A DNA stretch of 64,000 bases from Lytechinus pictus (Eukaryota). The translations under genes and the position numbers were made by a program. Below the pieces are notes generated by a model, which saw only the letters and a program-made list of their open reading frames with translations, had not been told where the DNA came from and did not search any database. Numbering within the stretch: position 1 is the stretch's first letter; each line of letters begins with the position of its first letter. Location of the stretch: NCBI RefSeq assembly GCF_037042905.1, contig NC_087251.1, forward strand, positions 31,250,001 through 31,314,000, written 5' to 3'. Below, one piece after another: positions 35,757 to 48,618 of the stretch.

Positions 35757-38297
35757 TATAAGTTGATGATATAAGTTAGAGTGAATAAATGGAAAGATTT
35801 ATTCATTTGGTGAGATGTAAATGTAAAATCAGATGGTTTGAGATAAGAAGTAAAAAGATTCGATATGAGATGAAATGATAATAATAGAATTCGTTCATTG
35901 TTTTATTGAAAGTGAAAAGATTCAATTTGACAGTATAAGTATAAAGAGTCGAAAAGTGAAAAGATTCAGTGTGAGATGATAATGGTAATAATGTATTCGT
36001 TATTATAGTAAATTTAAATTCGATGGTAGAGTCTAAACGTGAAAAATATTTGAAAAGTGAAAAGATTCGAATTAAGATGAATATGGTAGTGATAGATTTG
36101 TTGACAAGAATGTACATGGAATATTCATCCTCCTCCTCCCCTCCCCCTGCCTATAATTTTTTTTCTAATATTATGCGAGGAAGCGTAAAAAAACAACATA
36201 TTCAAATGCTATGTATAACAAACATCAGGACCTGATGGGTGTCATCCCGGGATGTTATGTAGATGAGGGCAATTTAATGATAAGGGGGGGGGGACAGGAC
36301 TGGTTATCAGAATAATGGGTTTATGCAGTTACTCAACATAAGATTGGCAGGAAATGGGATTTTAATGTCAATGACACCCCTTAAAAATATTACAAGGGTA
36401 TAGGGACCAGGGAGACAATTTTCGAAGTAAAACCTAGCATTTGGAGCTCTTTATAATATGAACTTCATAATGAATGTATACTTCTGTAACATCTTTAAAT
36501 TACTGAATGGGATATTCAACATGCATGCAGGTTGCAAAAGACATGACCCAATGATCGCGGTCCTGTATAACTCATAAATATACACAATGGAGAATCAAAT
36601 CCTTCCAGGGACGGCGATCCTGAAGCACTGACAAAGTGCCCTTTTTACGCATGAAAAATGCACCTCACGAACGTGTTCGGTGCCCCTTTCACCTGGGAAG
36701 GACCCGTTTTATGTGTGAGCAAGTGCCCCTTGCCTTCTTGTAAGTGCCCTTTCTTGGATCAGTGCCCCTTTTTACCCAAGAAAAGTGCCCCTCACGAACG
36801 TGTTCAGTGCCCCTCTCGCATGAAAAGGACCAGTTTTATGTGGGGGGGGGGAGAAAAAATGTTCACCCACATTTTTGCCGAACGGCTGCACAAAGTTTAT
36901 TTTTGCTCGTTCCTTGAAGGGGTAGTCGGAGTGGATAGTCCTAACAGTTACTTCTTAGCTAAATTCTTATAAAGCAACATAAATAATTATAATTATAACT
37001 ATCTCGTAAGCCCTATTTGGATATAGTGCGAGTGCGAAGCGCGAGCTAATTGTTTGGAAATTTCATGTAGTTTATCCTAAAAATTGAACATTCTGGGCAA
37101 TATTTGTGATTCTAGAGAAAATACGTACAGTATGTAACTATATAATTAGATATCTAAACAATGCGAGCGCTAAGCATGAGCGAAAAAATGAGATTTAGAC
37201 CTAAAAACGGGACCCTCTATTCGTATTTTGTAAATCATGATTAGGATGAGTATCTCCCGGCCTACATTAATAATGCGAGCGCGAAGCGCGAGCAGAATTT
37301 TTTTTATATTCTGATCTGAAACTGGATAATTTAGGCATGTTTGAAATAACGAACATGTTGCGTATCTCAATAAACATGTGTGGGCGTGTTTTGGATTTAG
37401 ATCTAGAATCTGGGCATTCTAAATACATTTTTATCATGAAAATCAACAATGGGAGCGCGAAGCGCGAGCTGAAGATATTTGATATTCCGATTTGAAAAAT
37501 TGTCAATTTACGCACTAATTCAAGCACTGTGTAAAAAAATTGTGAAGAGGATATCGATCACACGTAATGAATGATTCGAGCGCGAAGCGCGAGCATATAT
37601 TTTTATTATTATTAATTTGACCTAGGACCAGGACATTCTAAGGACATTTTGTCATTATATGAAAGTGATGACTATCTCATATTCCTATTCCTAAACGCCT
37701 GACAAATTTAATTATTAGGAATTCATGAAAATGTTATCTTATTTATTAATCTAATAAGCCTAATGAGAGCGCGAAATCTGTTAATGTTAAGGCCTGAAAA
37801 CTGGACATTTTAAGCACTTTTGTAATTGTGAATAGGGTGCATGGGTTAATAATTTTTTACAATTAATGCGAGCGCAAAGAAAGGAAAGAAAAAGAAAGAG
37901 TGATGGGTGAAATATGATATGGTTTTCTGAATATTATGTAAAAATCTATCACAAAATTTGATTTTCATTATAAAAGAGTCTAAATTTTTTCTTGATTGCT
38001 TCGCTCGCTCGCTCGCAACTTGTTATAAATTCAACGTGATACGATTATCTAGCCGCCTCAAAATTTTGGTTCATTACACCACTGTAAATAAGTCATTTGT
38101 TTTGAGATAGTTCCCCTTTCGAAAAAAAAATGTCAGGCGGCGATCGTGTTGAAAATATTGAGAATGCGGCAAACATACTGATTTATTTTGACAAATTGAA
38201 AAATTTATAATATCCAATGCAAAAATGTGCTTAAAACGCATCTGAAAGCTCTATAAAGTCAGCAAACTTGACATAAAAATGCTATTAAACATACACA

Positions 38298-39788
38298 CAG
38301 TGGCGTACCGTGGGTCACGGCATTGGGGGGGCACCAGCAAAAAATTTGAGTCACCTAGTGAGCGCGCTTCGCGCGCTCAGTTGCTAGGTATGCTGACCTA
38401 ATAGAGACATTTAAGGACAGTGTCATTAAACGGATATGTATGTCACTGATCACATAATGCGAGCGCGAAGCGCGAGCTTAAAATTTTTGATATTCAGACC
38501 TAAAAAAGGGACATTATAAGCAAATTTTTGTAATCGTGATGTGTACCTGTCTCGCTAAACAAACAATGCGAGCGCGAAGCGCGAGCTGAAATTTTTGTAT
38601 ATATTGACACCAAACGGACATTTTAAGGACTATATTTTAGGAATCTATTAAGAGTATACATATCTCACCATAGTAATCTAATGCGAGTGCCAAGCGCTTG
38701 CTGATTTTGTTAGAATTATATGCATCCAAACACATAAAGCACGTGTAGTCATTGTAATCATGATTAACATGCGCATCTCACTAATCAAATATTGCGAGCG
38801 TGAAGCGCGAGCTGAAAATTTAGGAAATTCAGACCTGAATACATGGAATAGGGACATTTTAAGGCTTGTTTGTAGGAATTCACGAAGACCATACGAATTT
38901 TAATTAACCAAATGATGCGAGCGCGAAGCGCGAGCTAAAATTTTTGTATATATTGACCCCAAACATGGATATTTTAATGACTATTTTTTAAAAGAATCCA
39001 TTAAGAGTACACATATCTCACCATAGTCATCTAATGCGAGTGCCAAGCGCATGCTGATTTTGTTAGAATTACACCTAAAGACATACTTTTTGTAGTCATT
39101 GTAGTCATGATTATCATACGCATCTCAATAGTCAAATATTGCGAGCGCGAAGCGCGAGGAGAAAAATTTTGAAATTCACACCTGAAGAGGGGCATTCTAA
39201 GGCTTGTTTGTAGGAATTCAAGTAGACCATGCGTATTTCACTAACCAAATGATGCGAGCGCACGCTGTAATTTTTGATATGCAGATCAGAAAAAGGGACA
39301 TTTTAAGGACTGATTTTAGGAATTCATGAAAAGCAGACATATTTCACTAATCCACTAATGCGAACGTAAGCACGGACGGGAAATGTTTTATATTAAGACC
39401 TTAAAATGATATTTTACTACATAAAACAATAATAATTCGAAGTGCGAGGAAATATATTTGGTGTATATTGACTTGAAAACGGGAGGTTTTAGTACAACAG
39501 GATTATATATCTCGTTAAACAGACAATGCGAGCATCAGGAACAATGAAGACATAGGCCCTGAGCAAATTATGTTTCATAAAGTTATGATTTTTTTATTTT
39601 AATGTAATATAACATAACATAATTATAATATAATATAACATAATTAACAATGAGTTCTTCCTTCCCACTACGTTTCTCTCACTTTCTCCCTCTTTTTCTC
39701 TTTCTCCCCGTTTTTTTTTTTTTTTTTTTTTGCCAGCCGATGGGGGGGCACGTGCCCCCCCCCATGCCCCCCCGTAGTTACGCCACTG
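38298..39788 (-). mobile_element. hAT-like CAGTGGCGTA family, copy 3 (inverted), 1491 bp
   Basis: Same TIRs, perfect 8-bp TSD CATACACA. Confidence 0.93.
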
Positions 39789-41665
39789 CATACACAATTA
39801 TTATTTTCGGTGTGCTTCATGTTGTCACCCCTTCCCCCCATCCGAAACATGGATCGACACCCTGACTCTAAATCATTATGTTTTAAATAACTTTAGCCTC
39901 GTTCAGGGAGAATATAGCGACAGAGCCATTAAACAATTTCTCAAATAATGACCAAAATTCGGAGCACTTTTGAGGGGCGTGTTGCGACCGAGCGAGAATT
40001 TTTTTTAATTTGTGTAGTAAAAGCTTGATTTCAGAGCACTATCTACGACATGAATAGAATAATGCAATTTTCAATACCTACATTTTTTTTTACTTTGTAA
40101 TCGATTTTTTTTAGGGGGAGGGCTTCAACCCCAAAGGCCCCTCCTAAAACCGCGCCTGCCCCCCTAATAAAAAAAGGGGTGAGGAAAAGGGAGAAAGGAA
40201 GGAACGAAGAGGGGGGGGGGGGGAGAGAAGAAAGGGAAGGGGTCAAATTCACATTATACATGTACGCACAGACACAAAGAAATCAAAACTAGTGTGATTT
40301 TCGCCCAAATCTATGCAAATGCAAGAGATGGGCTAAATGGGTTCCAAACGACCATAACTAAGGCCAGTGTGTGTGTTTTATTAAAGGACAAGTCCACCCC
40401 AACAAAAAGTTGATTTGAATAAAAAGAGAAAAATCCAACAAGCATAACACTGAAAAAATCGGATGTAAACTAAGAAAGTTATGACATTTTATTTAAGTTA
40501 CGAGGGACTTTAAGAACGACTGGTATCCTTTCTTACGAGCTTTATCAACGCCAAAGAAATTTCGGTGCGTATAATTTACCACAAGATAAGATTACCAGTC
40601 ATATAAATATGCCATGAACACAATCATTATATATGACCTAAAAGAGTATGTTCTCCTAAGTAATTTGATACCATATATGTGGTATGTATATGTGTTAACG
40701 CTTGGATGGTCAGGAGGTATTCTTTGCAGTGATGTAAATATTGATTTGCGCCAAAGTAAGACATGACTGCAATGAATGAATCCAGATGTCAATGTCATAA
40801 TCCTACAAGGGTTGCATTAAAATCGATTTCAAAACACTTTTTTTTTTCAGTAATTCACTTTATAAACACGCCCCCCCCCCCATTAGCGGAGAAAAAAATA
40901 AGAAAAAAAAGGGAAAAGAGAGGAGAAAAAGAAAAGGAAAATAAATGGATGAAGACGAGTGAATAAAATAAGTTGAGGGAAAGAATAGGGAAAAAAAACT
41001 TTCATGTCATTATATAAAATTTTCGCCCGCGCTTCGCGCTCGCATTGCCTATTGAATGAGATACATATCTTGCTCAATAGGCTGATATAGAACTTAGAAT
41101 ATGAAGTTGGAAGTCAATATACATAACATATTTCAGCTCGGGCATCTAGTTTTCATTATTTTGTTTGATTTACAAATTGTTTTTTCAGCGCTCTATAATA
41201 TCCGTTTGACGGTCAGAATATCGACATTTTCACTCAGCTCGCGCTGCGCGCTCTCAGTATTTGATTTGTCAAGAAACTATTCTCTTCGTGTATTCCATAA
41301 AATTCTCAAAATTTTCCTGTTCAGATCTGATTGTCAAAACGTATCATGAGTAGCGCTGCGTGTTCGCATTTTGAGTGGTGAGTTATGCTTACCTCAATAT
41401 CAATTTTATAACAAACTACTAAAAAAAATCCTATTTTTATGACAGTTTATCAAAAACTTCGGCTCGCGATTTGCGCTTGCCTTTTTTCAAAATAAATTAA
41501 ACCATGCATCCTATTCATAATTACAAACCGCTTAAAATATCCAGTTTTCAGGCCTTAATATCAACAAATTCGCGCTCTCATTATATGCTTATTAGATTAA
41601 TAAATAAGATAGATAAGATTTTTGATACTATTTTTCAGAATGGAATATCGAAAAGTTTCAGATTT

Positions 41666-43155
41666 CAGGGGCGGATCCAGCCTTCGCCAACAGGGGGGGG
41701 GCCCGGATTTTTTTTTCAACCATATTTTCCTCGATCGGCCACTCGAAGATGATTTTTGGCTTTTTTGAAGGGGTAGTCCTAAAAGTCACTTTTTAGCTTT
41801 ATTCTTATTAATCAACATAAATATATAATTTAATCTTTATTTATATATAATGCGAGCGCGAAGCGCAAGCTGAAAATTTTTGACATTTCTACATAAAGAA
41901 TGGAAACTTTTAATCAATTTTTATAATCGTGAACAACAGTGGCGGACCGTGACCCGGAGGAGACAAGGCATTGGAGGGGCACAGCATTGTTCACAAACAA
42001 TACAGTGCCCCTCTAATGCTTTGTCTCCTCCGGGTCATCACGGTCCGCCACTGGTGAACAAGATAGCTATATAACTAAACAATTGATGCGAGCGCGAAGC
42101 GCGAGCGGAAAAAATCGAGATTTAGACCTAAAAATGGGACACTCTATTCATGTTTTGTAAATCATGAAAAGAATGAGTAATAGGGGATCTTTCTACATTA
42201 ATAATGAGAGAACAAAGCGCGAGCAGAAATTTTTTGATATTGTGATCTGAAACTGGATAATGATAATGTCCTTAGGACATGTCATCATATGAAAATGAAG
42301 ACTGCCTTCATATTCCTCTTGGTAAGCTCGAGATGAAACAAAATGGACAATTCAATTATTAAATTAATATCTTATTCATTAATTCCTAATGAGGGCGCGA
42401 AATATGATGATATGATGGCCTGAAAACTGGACATTTCAATCACTTTTGTAATTATAACTAGGATACATCAGTTAATATATTATTAACCATTAATGCGAGC
42501 GCAAATTGCGAGCCTATTTTTTTTTATACATTGTCATGAAAAGGGGATTTTAAGTAGTTTATTGTATAATCAATATTGAGACATACATAACTCGCCAATC
42601 AAAATGCGAGCGTGCAGCGCTGGCTGATACGTTTGACAATCAGACCTGAAAAGGGATATTTTGAAAACTTTAGGGAATATACGAAAATAATAGGTACCTG
42701 ATAAAACAAAATTTGCAAGCGCGCAGCGCGAGCAGAAAATGTTCATATTCAGACCATAAAACTGACGTTTTTACAAAGCACTTTTTAAAAATCAATATGT
42801 AAATCACACAATATAATGAAAGTTCGATTTCCGAGATGAAATATGTTTGTATATTATATATTGATATTTAAACTCCATATTGAACAAGATATGTAAATCA
42901 CCTAACATGCAATGCGAGCGCGAAGCGCGAGCGAAAATTTAATTTAGTGACATAAAAGATTTTCTTAATTATTTTCCAAGTCTTCCCTTCATCTTATTTT
43001 ATTCACTCGTCTTCTTCCTCTTTTGTTTCCCCTTCTTTTTTCTCCTCTCTCTTCCCTTCTTTTTCTTTTTTTCTTTCTTTCCCTCTTTTTTTTGTGCTCC
43101 GCCAATAGGGGGGGGGGGGGGCGGGCCCCTCGGGCCCCCCGTGGATCCGCCTATG
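41666..43155. mobile_element. CAGGGGCGGATCCA-type element (hAT-like), nested in an older related repeat
   Basis: TIRs CAGGGGCGGATCCA / TGGATCCGCCTATG, many GCGAGCGCGAAGCGCGAGC motifs. No clean TSD. Confidence 0.7.
41937..42053. mobile_element. 117-bp hairpin MITE, hAT-like
   Basis: CAGTGGCGGACCGTG...CACGGTCCGCCACTG, almost fully self-complementary, perfect 8-bp TSD GTGAACAA. Confidence 0.92.
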
Positions 43156-46100
43156 AGATTCTATATAGGTTAATCTAAACCACGCACACGCATGTTAATT
43201 GAGATACGCAGCTTGTTCTTTATTTAAAACGTGCTTACATTATCCAGTTTCAGATCAGAATATCAAAAAATTTCTGCTCGCGCTTCGCGCTCGCATTATC
43301 AATGTAGGAAGATATCCAATTATCCACCCTTTTCAATCTATTTTTTCCGCTCGCGATTCGCACTCGCATCAATTATTTATAGTTTATCTACCCTGTTCAT
43401 GATTGCAAAAAAAGTGCTTAGAATATCCAGTGTTTTGGTCGGATTGTCACAAAATTTTCAGCTTGTGTCCCACACTCGCATTATTTGATTGTTATAAATG
43501 TATCGTCTTCATGGGTAACTGCAAACATACCTTAGCAGGTCCCTTTTCGATCAGGCTAAAACGTGTATTAAAAAATCTCTGCTCGCGTTTCGCGCTCGCA
43601 GCAAACATCTAGTTAAATACGCATTTTGTTCAGGATCACAAAACATTGCCCAGTATGTTCAATTTTTCAGAACAAATAGATGAATTAATAAAAATTAGTC
43701 CGTGCTTCGCTCTCGCACTATATTTAATTCTTGGCTAATGAGATTAGTATAATATGGATAAAGCTAAGAAGTGACTATCAGGACTATCCCTTCAAAGAGA
43801 GAAAAAAATCAACTTTTAGCGGCCGATCAGGGAAAATATGGGTGAACAATTTTCGCCCCCCCCCCTCCCCACTGGCGAAAACTGGATGCAGAGGGGAGAG
43901 AGAGGGGAGTGGCTGAGATCGTAAAGAGGAGTCGAGCTTGGGCTAGGGACCATGCAGTTCGTAGATAACTCATGGGCAATTTTGTGCAATTCTATATAGC
44001 GCTTCACACAAAAGTTTCAAAGCAATTTCATATAGGATAGGTAAATTTCAAAAGCAAGATATTATGTATGCCTATATACCTTACAGCAGGATGCAGAAAT
44101 TGCGTACTTTACGGCAAAGGACATTTAATGAAGGTATTTGTTGCATTTGTACTTTGAATGCAGCATGTAATTGCTATATGTACTCGGTCAAATAAATACC
44201 AGTCGCTCATGGACTCATTGTTGCTTCCAGTGGATATAACGAAAAGCACAATTCAAAAAAATATTATGAATAATCAAGATATCAAAGTTGGTGCTTATAC
44301 CATTCAATATTAAACCATCATGACATTATTTTGAGTTCAAATGACCCTTTTCTGATCTTGTGCAGAATGGAGTCAAGCTAGAAGGACCAATTCCGGGGAC
44401 CAAGTCAACAAGTTGCCATCTATTATATATATATATATATATAATTCATGGGGTCAATTTTTCCAAAGTTCGAGAGATAATTCCTATTTGGTACTAGATA
44501 AAACATAAAAGATGTGCATGAAGTCAATGGTAGCACCATTTTAATCTACCCGCGTAGCTATGATGAAGTCTCCGCCCCCTCCTAAAAAATGGGTTCGAGA
44601 GCAGAGTAATATCTGCATATTGACTTATAATGGGATATTTAAAGCGATTTTTTATCCTCTTGAGCAAATTAATATCTTACTCATTAGGCGATGCGAGCGC
44701 GGGCGAAATTCAGTTTTATATTACATTAAAATATTTCTTCCCCTCTCATTATTTCATTCACCTTTTCTTCTCCTTCTTATGATTTATTCGGTCAAAATTA
44801 TATACTATTTACAATTATATGTTTTTTTTCTTATAAAAACATTTAATGTAAATGCGAAACTAAATGAGTCTCTCCTTCTCCTTTTTTGGCTTTTTTTTTC
44901 ATGGAGCCCATGAGGGCTATACCCCTACCCCGTAGATCCGCCACTCGGAAAATCAAATACCGAGTTCCCCTCGGGCCTCGGGGATCACATACAGCTAGTT
45001 CTCCTCGACCGAAAGTTTTGACTACGCGTCTTGCTTCACTACAACAAAGTGTTTCTTCCACTCTGTCGTACCATGGGAAGAGGGGATGCTGCGTGTATTT
45101 TTTTTCTCCATATGCAGCACCCCCTGGAATTCTGGAAGGTGTGAAAAAATCAGTGGAAATAAATATAATCCAAAAGACCTTCATTTTGTAGTGATAACTT
45201 TTTTTTTTTTGCTTTTCGAATTTCTTGGGGCCAATTAATTATGATGACTTCCATTTTGTAGTGATAACATTTTTTTTTTCAAAGACATCAGCACCCCCAC
45301 TCAAAAAAAAAATAATTCCCTGGGCCCTAGCTCTGTACATGTCCCGTAAAAAACCATTAAAAGGGAATTTCACCCTGACGACAAGTTTGTTGTAAACTTG
45401 TGATATGATACCAGAAAAATAAAAGAAATGGGCCTATTGGTGGAATGGTGAAGGTTTGAGGAAAATCCGTTCAAGATTAAGGAAGTTATTATAATATTAA
45501 GGTTTTTTTTATTTGTAACGTCATTAGCCGCACAACATATTATGTGATATAAAATGCATCATGGTCACTGAAAAAATTCTTCTCTCAGGAGTGGGTGTGA
45601 AGTAATTTGTCTGTTGATATGTATATATCGGGGACTATAAGAATAAATCCTATTTTCATTTTTTGAAGAAAATAACATTTAATTGAATTCACGATACATG
45701 GGAAGGTACTCGCATGTGACGAATAAAAGTAAAAATTATAATAACTATAAATCTTTGATAGATTTTCCTCAGGACTTGACCTTCACGAATATTTGTTATC
45801 ATCTTTTTAGCTATTTTGAAACTTGTTTCATTGTATTATAATTCTTGATTTTTTTTTTAAAGTATAAAACATTTTCATAATCATATAGGTCTAAATTTGT
45901 TAATTTCTTACCGTGAAAAATACCTCAGCAATCCGCTTGTTTGGTCTCCAAGAGAGAATTCTTGAAATATCATACACTCATGATTGCATCGCAGTTTCAG
46001 AGAAATAGTTAAAACAGAGAGATATAGGCCTATACTAATAACGCAAATTAGTAATATATCTTTATGAGTTAAAAACACATTTTTTATTATATATATAAAT

Positions 46101-46244
46101 TTATATATGAAACGGGATCGGGAGGGCCAATATACTATAGCCCACCACGCTGCGCGCGAGATGACTAGCCGTCTGTGTAGGACGAGAGAGTAAAAATCAT
46201 ATGGTAAAAATAAGGAAACATGTTCAAAACTACTCCAAACCAGC

Positions 46245-47814
46245 CAGCGGCGTAACAGGGGTCGGTGGCCAGGGGGGGCAAGAGCCAAAAATTTCCCGGT
46301 CATATCATGGCGTCATAAGGCAAAAATTTTGAGGGGGCGATATGGCGCATCGGGCAAATATATATATATAAAGCGAGCGAGCGAAGCGAGCGAGCAAAAA
46401 ATTTTGACATTTATTTGCAAAAATCCAATTTTGTGATAGATTTTGACATAATGTTAAAAAGATGATATCATATTTCACCCTCCTTTCCTACCTTTTTTCT
46501 CTCTTTTTTTTGTACGCCACGGTGAACAGTATTTTTGTTATGATTGTGAGCATCAGGGCGAAGCTCTATATGCTCGAGGGGGGCGAGTATGGCGCTTCTG
46601 GCAAGAAGTAGCTTAATATAGGTCCCGAGCGAGCGAAGCGAGCGAGATTAAAAAATCACCTTTTCATGAGAATCTAACATGAAGATAGATTTTAACGTGA
46701 TATTCAGAAATATATAATACACTTTCCTTTCTTTCCTCTTTTTTTTTTGTTTGGTTGTAGAACTTTTGGGGGCCATGGTCCAAACTCATCCATATAACAG
46801 TGCTGTATGGGTGGGGTCCAGGCCAGAGCCCCGGAACCTCTTGATATCAAAGCCATTTTAAACCTGACAGATGGCCACTAATTTTAATCAAATTGCGTGT
46901 ATATTTATATAGCTTTAACACAACACATAAATTCAATGCAGTTGTGTATCGTAACCATCCAAATATTGTGAGGGGCACACCATAGCAAATGTGTGAAAAT
47001 TTGTAAAAAGTCGCCAGCGAGCGAAGCGAGCCAGAAAAAAAATGGCCTGTTAAAATGAAATTCTAATTATGTGATAGATTTTTACATCATTATAGCAAAT
47101 ATCATGTCATATATTATTTTTTTCATTCATCTCATTTCGCTGCCTCTTTTATTTTCTATTATGCCCTCTTGGCTGTGGAACCACCCCCCGGTACGCCAGT
47201 GCTTCAACGTAAAGCTTAATGCAGGAAGGGTCCATATAGGGGCCCGTTATAGAACCCATTAAAGGTTACAGATGAAGAGCCCCAACTGCACGGGGTCTTG
47301 ACTCTTGGACAGAGCCTTTGGAGATTTAGCAAGTTTATGATAGACTTTCATACGACATTATGCTATGTACCATCCATTTTTCTTCCCGCTCCTTATCTCA
47401 ATCCTCGGCAGCCCGGTAGTGTACGTTATCTTGTCCCTATTCTTTAATTTCCAATTTAGATTTTGGCTAATTCCATTCTGCATTTATTTCCCGCTTTTGT
47501 TTGCCTTTTTGTTATCTTTAATTTATTTCCCTGTCTTACTAATCATGCTAATGTATTTGTATATCGGGGCGAATTGTTCTTTCTCACTTGTTCTTTTTTC
47601 CTTCCTTTTCCCGTTATCTTTCCGTTTTCCCTTTTTTATGTTTTTTCTTAGTTTTCTTTTCCCTTTTCCTTCCCCTTTCCCCTTTTTTCTTTCCTTTACC
47701 TTTCCCTTTCTTCCCCCCTTTTTTTTTCTTTTTCCCGTTTCTTTTTTATTTTCCCGGTGAGCTCCGCCAGGGGGGGCAGCTTGCCCCCCCTGCCCCCCGC
47801 CTGTTACGCCACTG
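46245..47814. mobile_element. 1570-bp composite hAT-like element
   Basis: TIR CAGCGGCGTAACAGG / CCTGTTACGCCACTG, perfect 8-bp TSD AAACCAGC. Confidence 0.88.
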
Positions 47815-48216
47815 AAACCAGCTAGGCCATGGACTGTCTAAAAAAAACCCCTCTGCAGCTCATGTGCTCCACGCATGCAGCGGTCTCATGCCGCCCATGC
47901 CACCGGGAAGTGCGGCGGAAGAATGAGTCACTATTTCACTCGGTCCGGCTCGTTTCTATCGACCCGTATTCAAAGCTCGCGCGACATCACTTTTCTGACA
48001 GGTGGTGGCGTAATATTTTGTACAGCTGTCACAATTACTGAAATTAATAATATTCTACATCAGAGGTTTTAAATGCTGCTAGTTTATTAACGAAATCCCT
48101 CTTGTTAACAATGTTAAAAGTTTGAACGAAAAGGAAAAGGTTCTAGCAGCCGCCACAGGCTATCACGATCTGGAGCTGAGGATCGGGTCGATAGCGATAC
48201 CTAGCGTTTCTATCGA

Positions 48217-48298
48217 GGTAGCGTGGCCGAGCGGTCTAAGGCGCTGGTTTTAGGCACCAGTCATTTCGATGGCGTGGGTTCGAATCCCACCGCTGCCA
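48217..48298 (+). tRNA. tRNA-Leu-TAG: tRNA-Leu(TAG), 82 nt, intronless
   Basis: GGTAGCG/CGCTGCC acceptor stem, TGGCCGAGCGG A box, CTGGT-TTTAGGC-ACCAG anticodon arm, long variable arm, GGTTCGAATCC B box, discriminator A. Confidence 0.96.
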
Positions 48299-48302
48299 AT
48301 AC

Positions 48303-48307
48303 TTTTT
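48303..48307 (+). terminator. Pol III terminator (T5)
   Basis: TTTTT 5 nt after the tRNA 3' end. Confidence 0.75.
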
Positions 48308-48555
48308 AATTGATTTTTCTTAATGTCTTCCGATTCGAATTCATTGTCGTTTGCTTGTGAACAAATTACTCGCCAATGGACTGTTGACTTCATTATGTTT
48401 TCTAACTTATGAATTAGTTGTAGCCCATTGTTATTACACATATTGGCCTAAGTTCATGCACACAAGGTATGGGCCAGACAAAGATTCCATGAAGTCCAGT
48501 GTGGCTGTCATTAACTTTGATTTAATTTTTTTCTCTTCTAAATCATTCTTTATAT

Positions 48556-48618
48556 GAAGAGATAGCTCAATTGGCAGAGCATCAGACTGTCATCTGAAGA
48601 TGACATTCAAACTGTTTT
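48556..48618 (+). pseudogene. Degenerate tRNA-like relic
   Basis: TAGCTCAATTGGCAGAGC D-arm/A box and TCAGA-CTGTCA-TCTGA stem-loop (6-nt loop). T arm and acceptor stem have decayed. Confidence 0.55.

Noticed and set aside
47365..47815. Phe/Leu-rich membrane-protein-like ORFs
   Set aside because: They are translations of a polypyrimidine tract inside a transposon.
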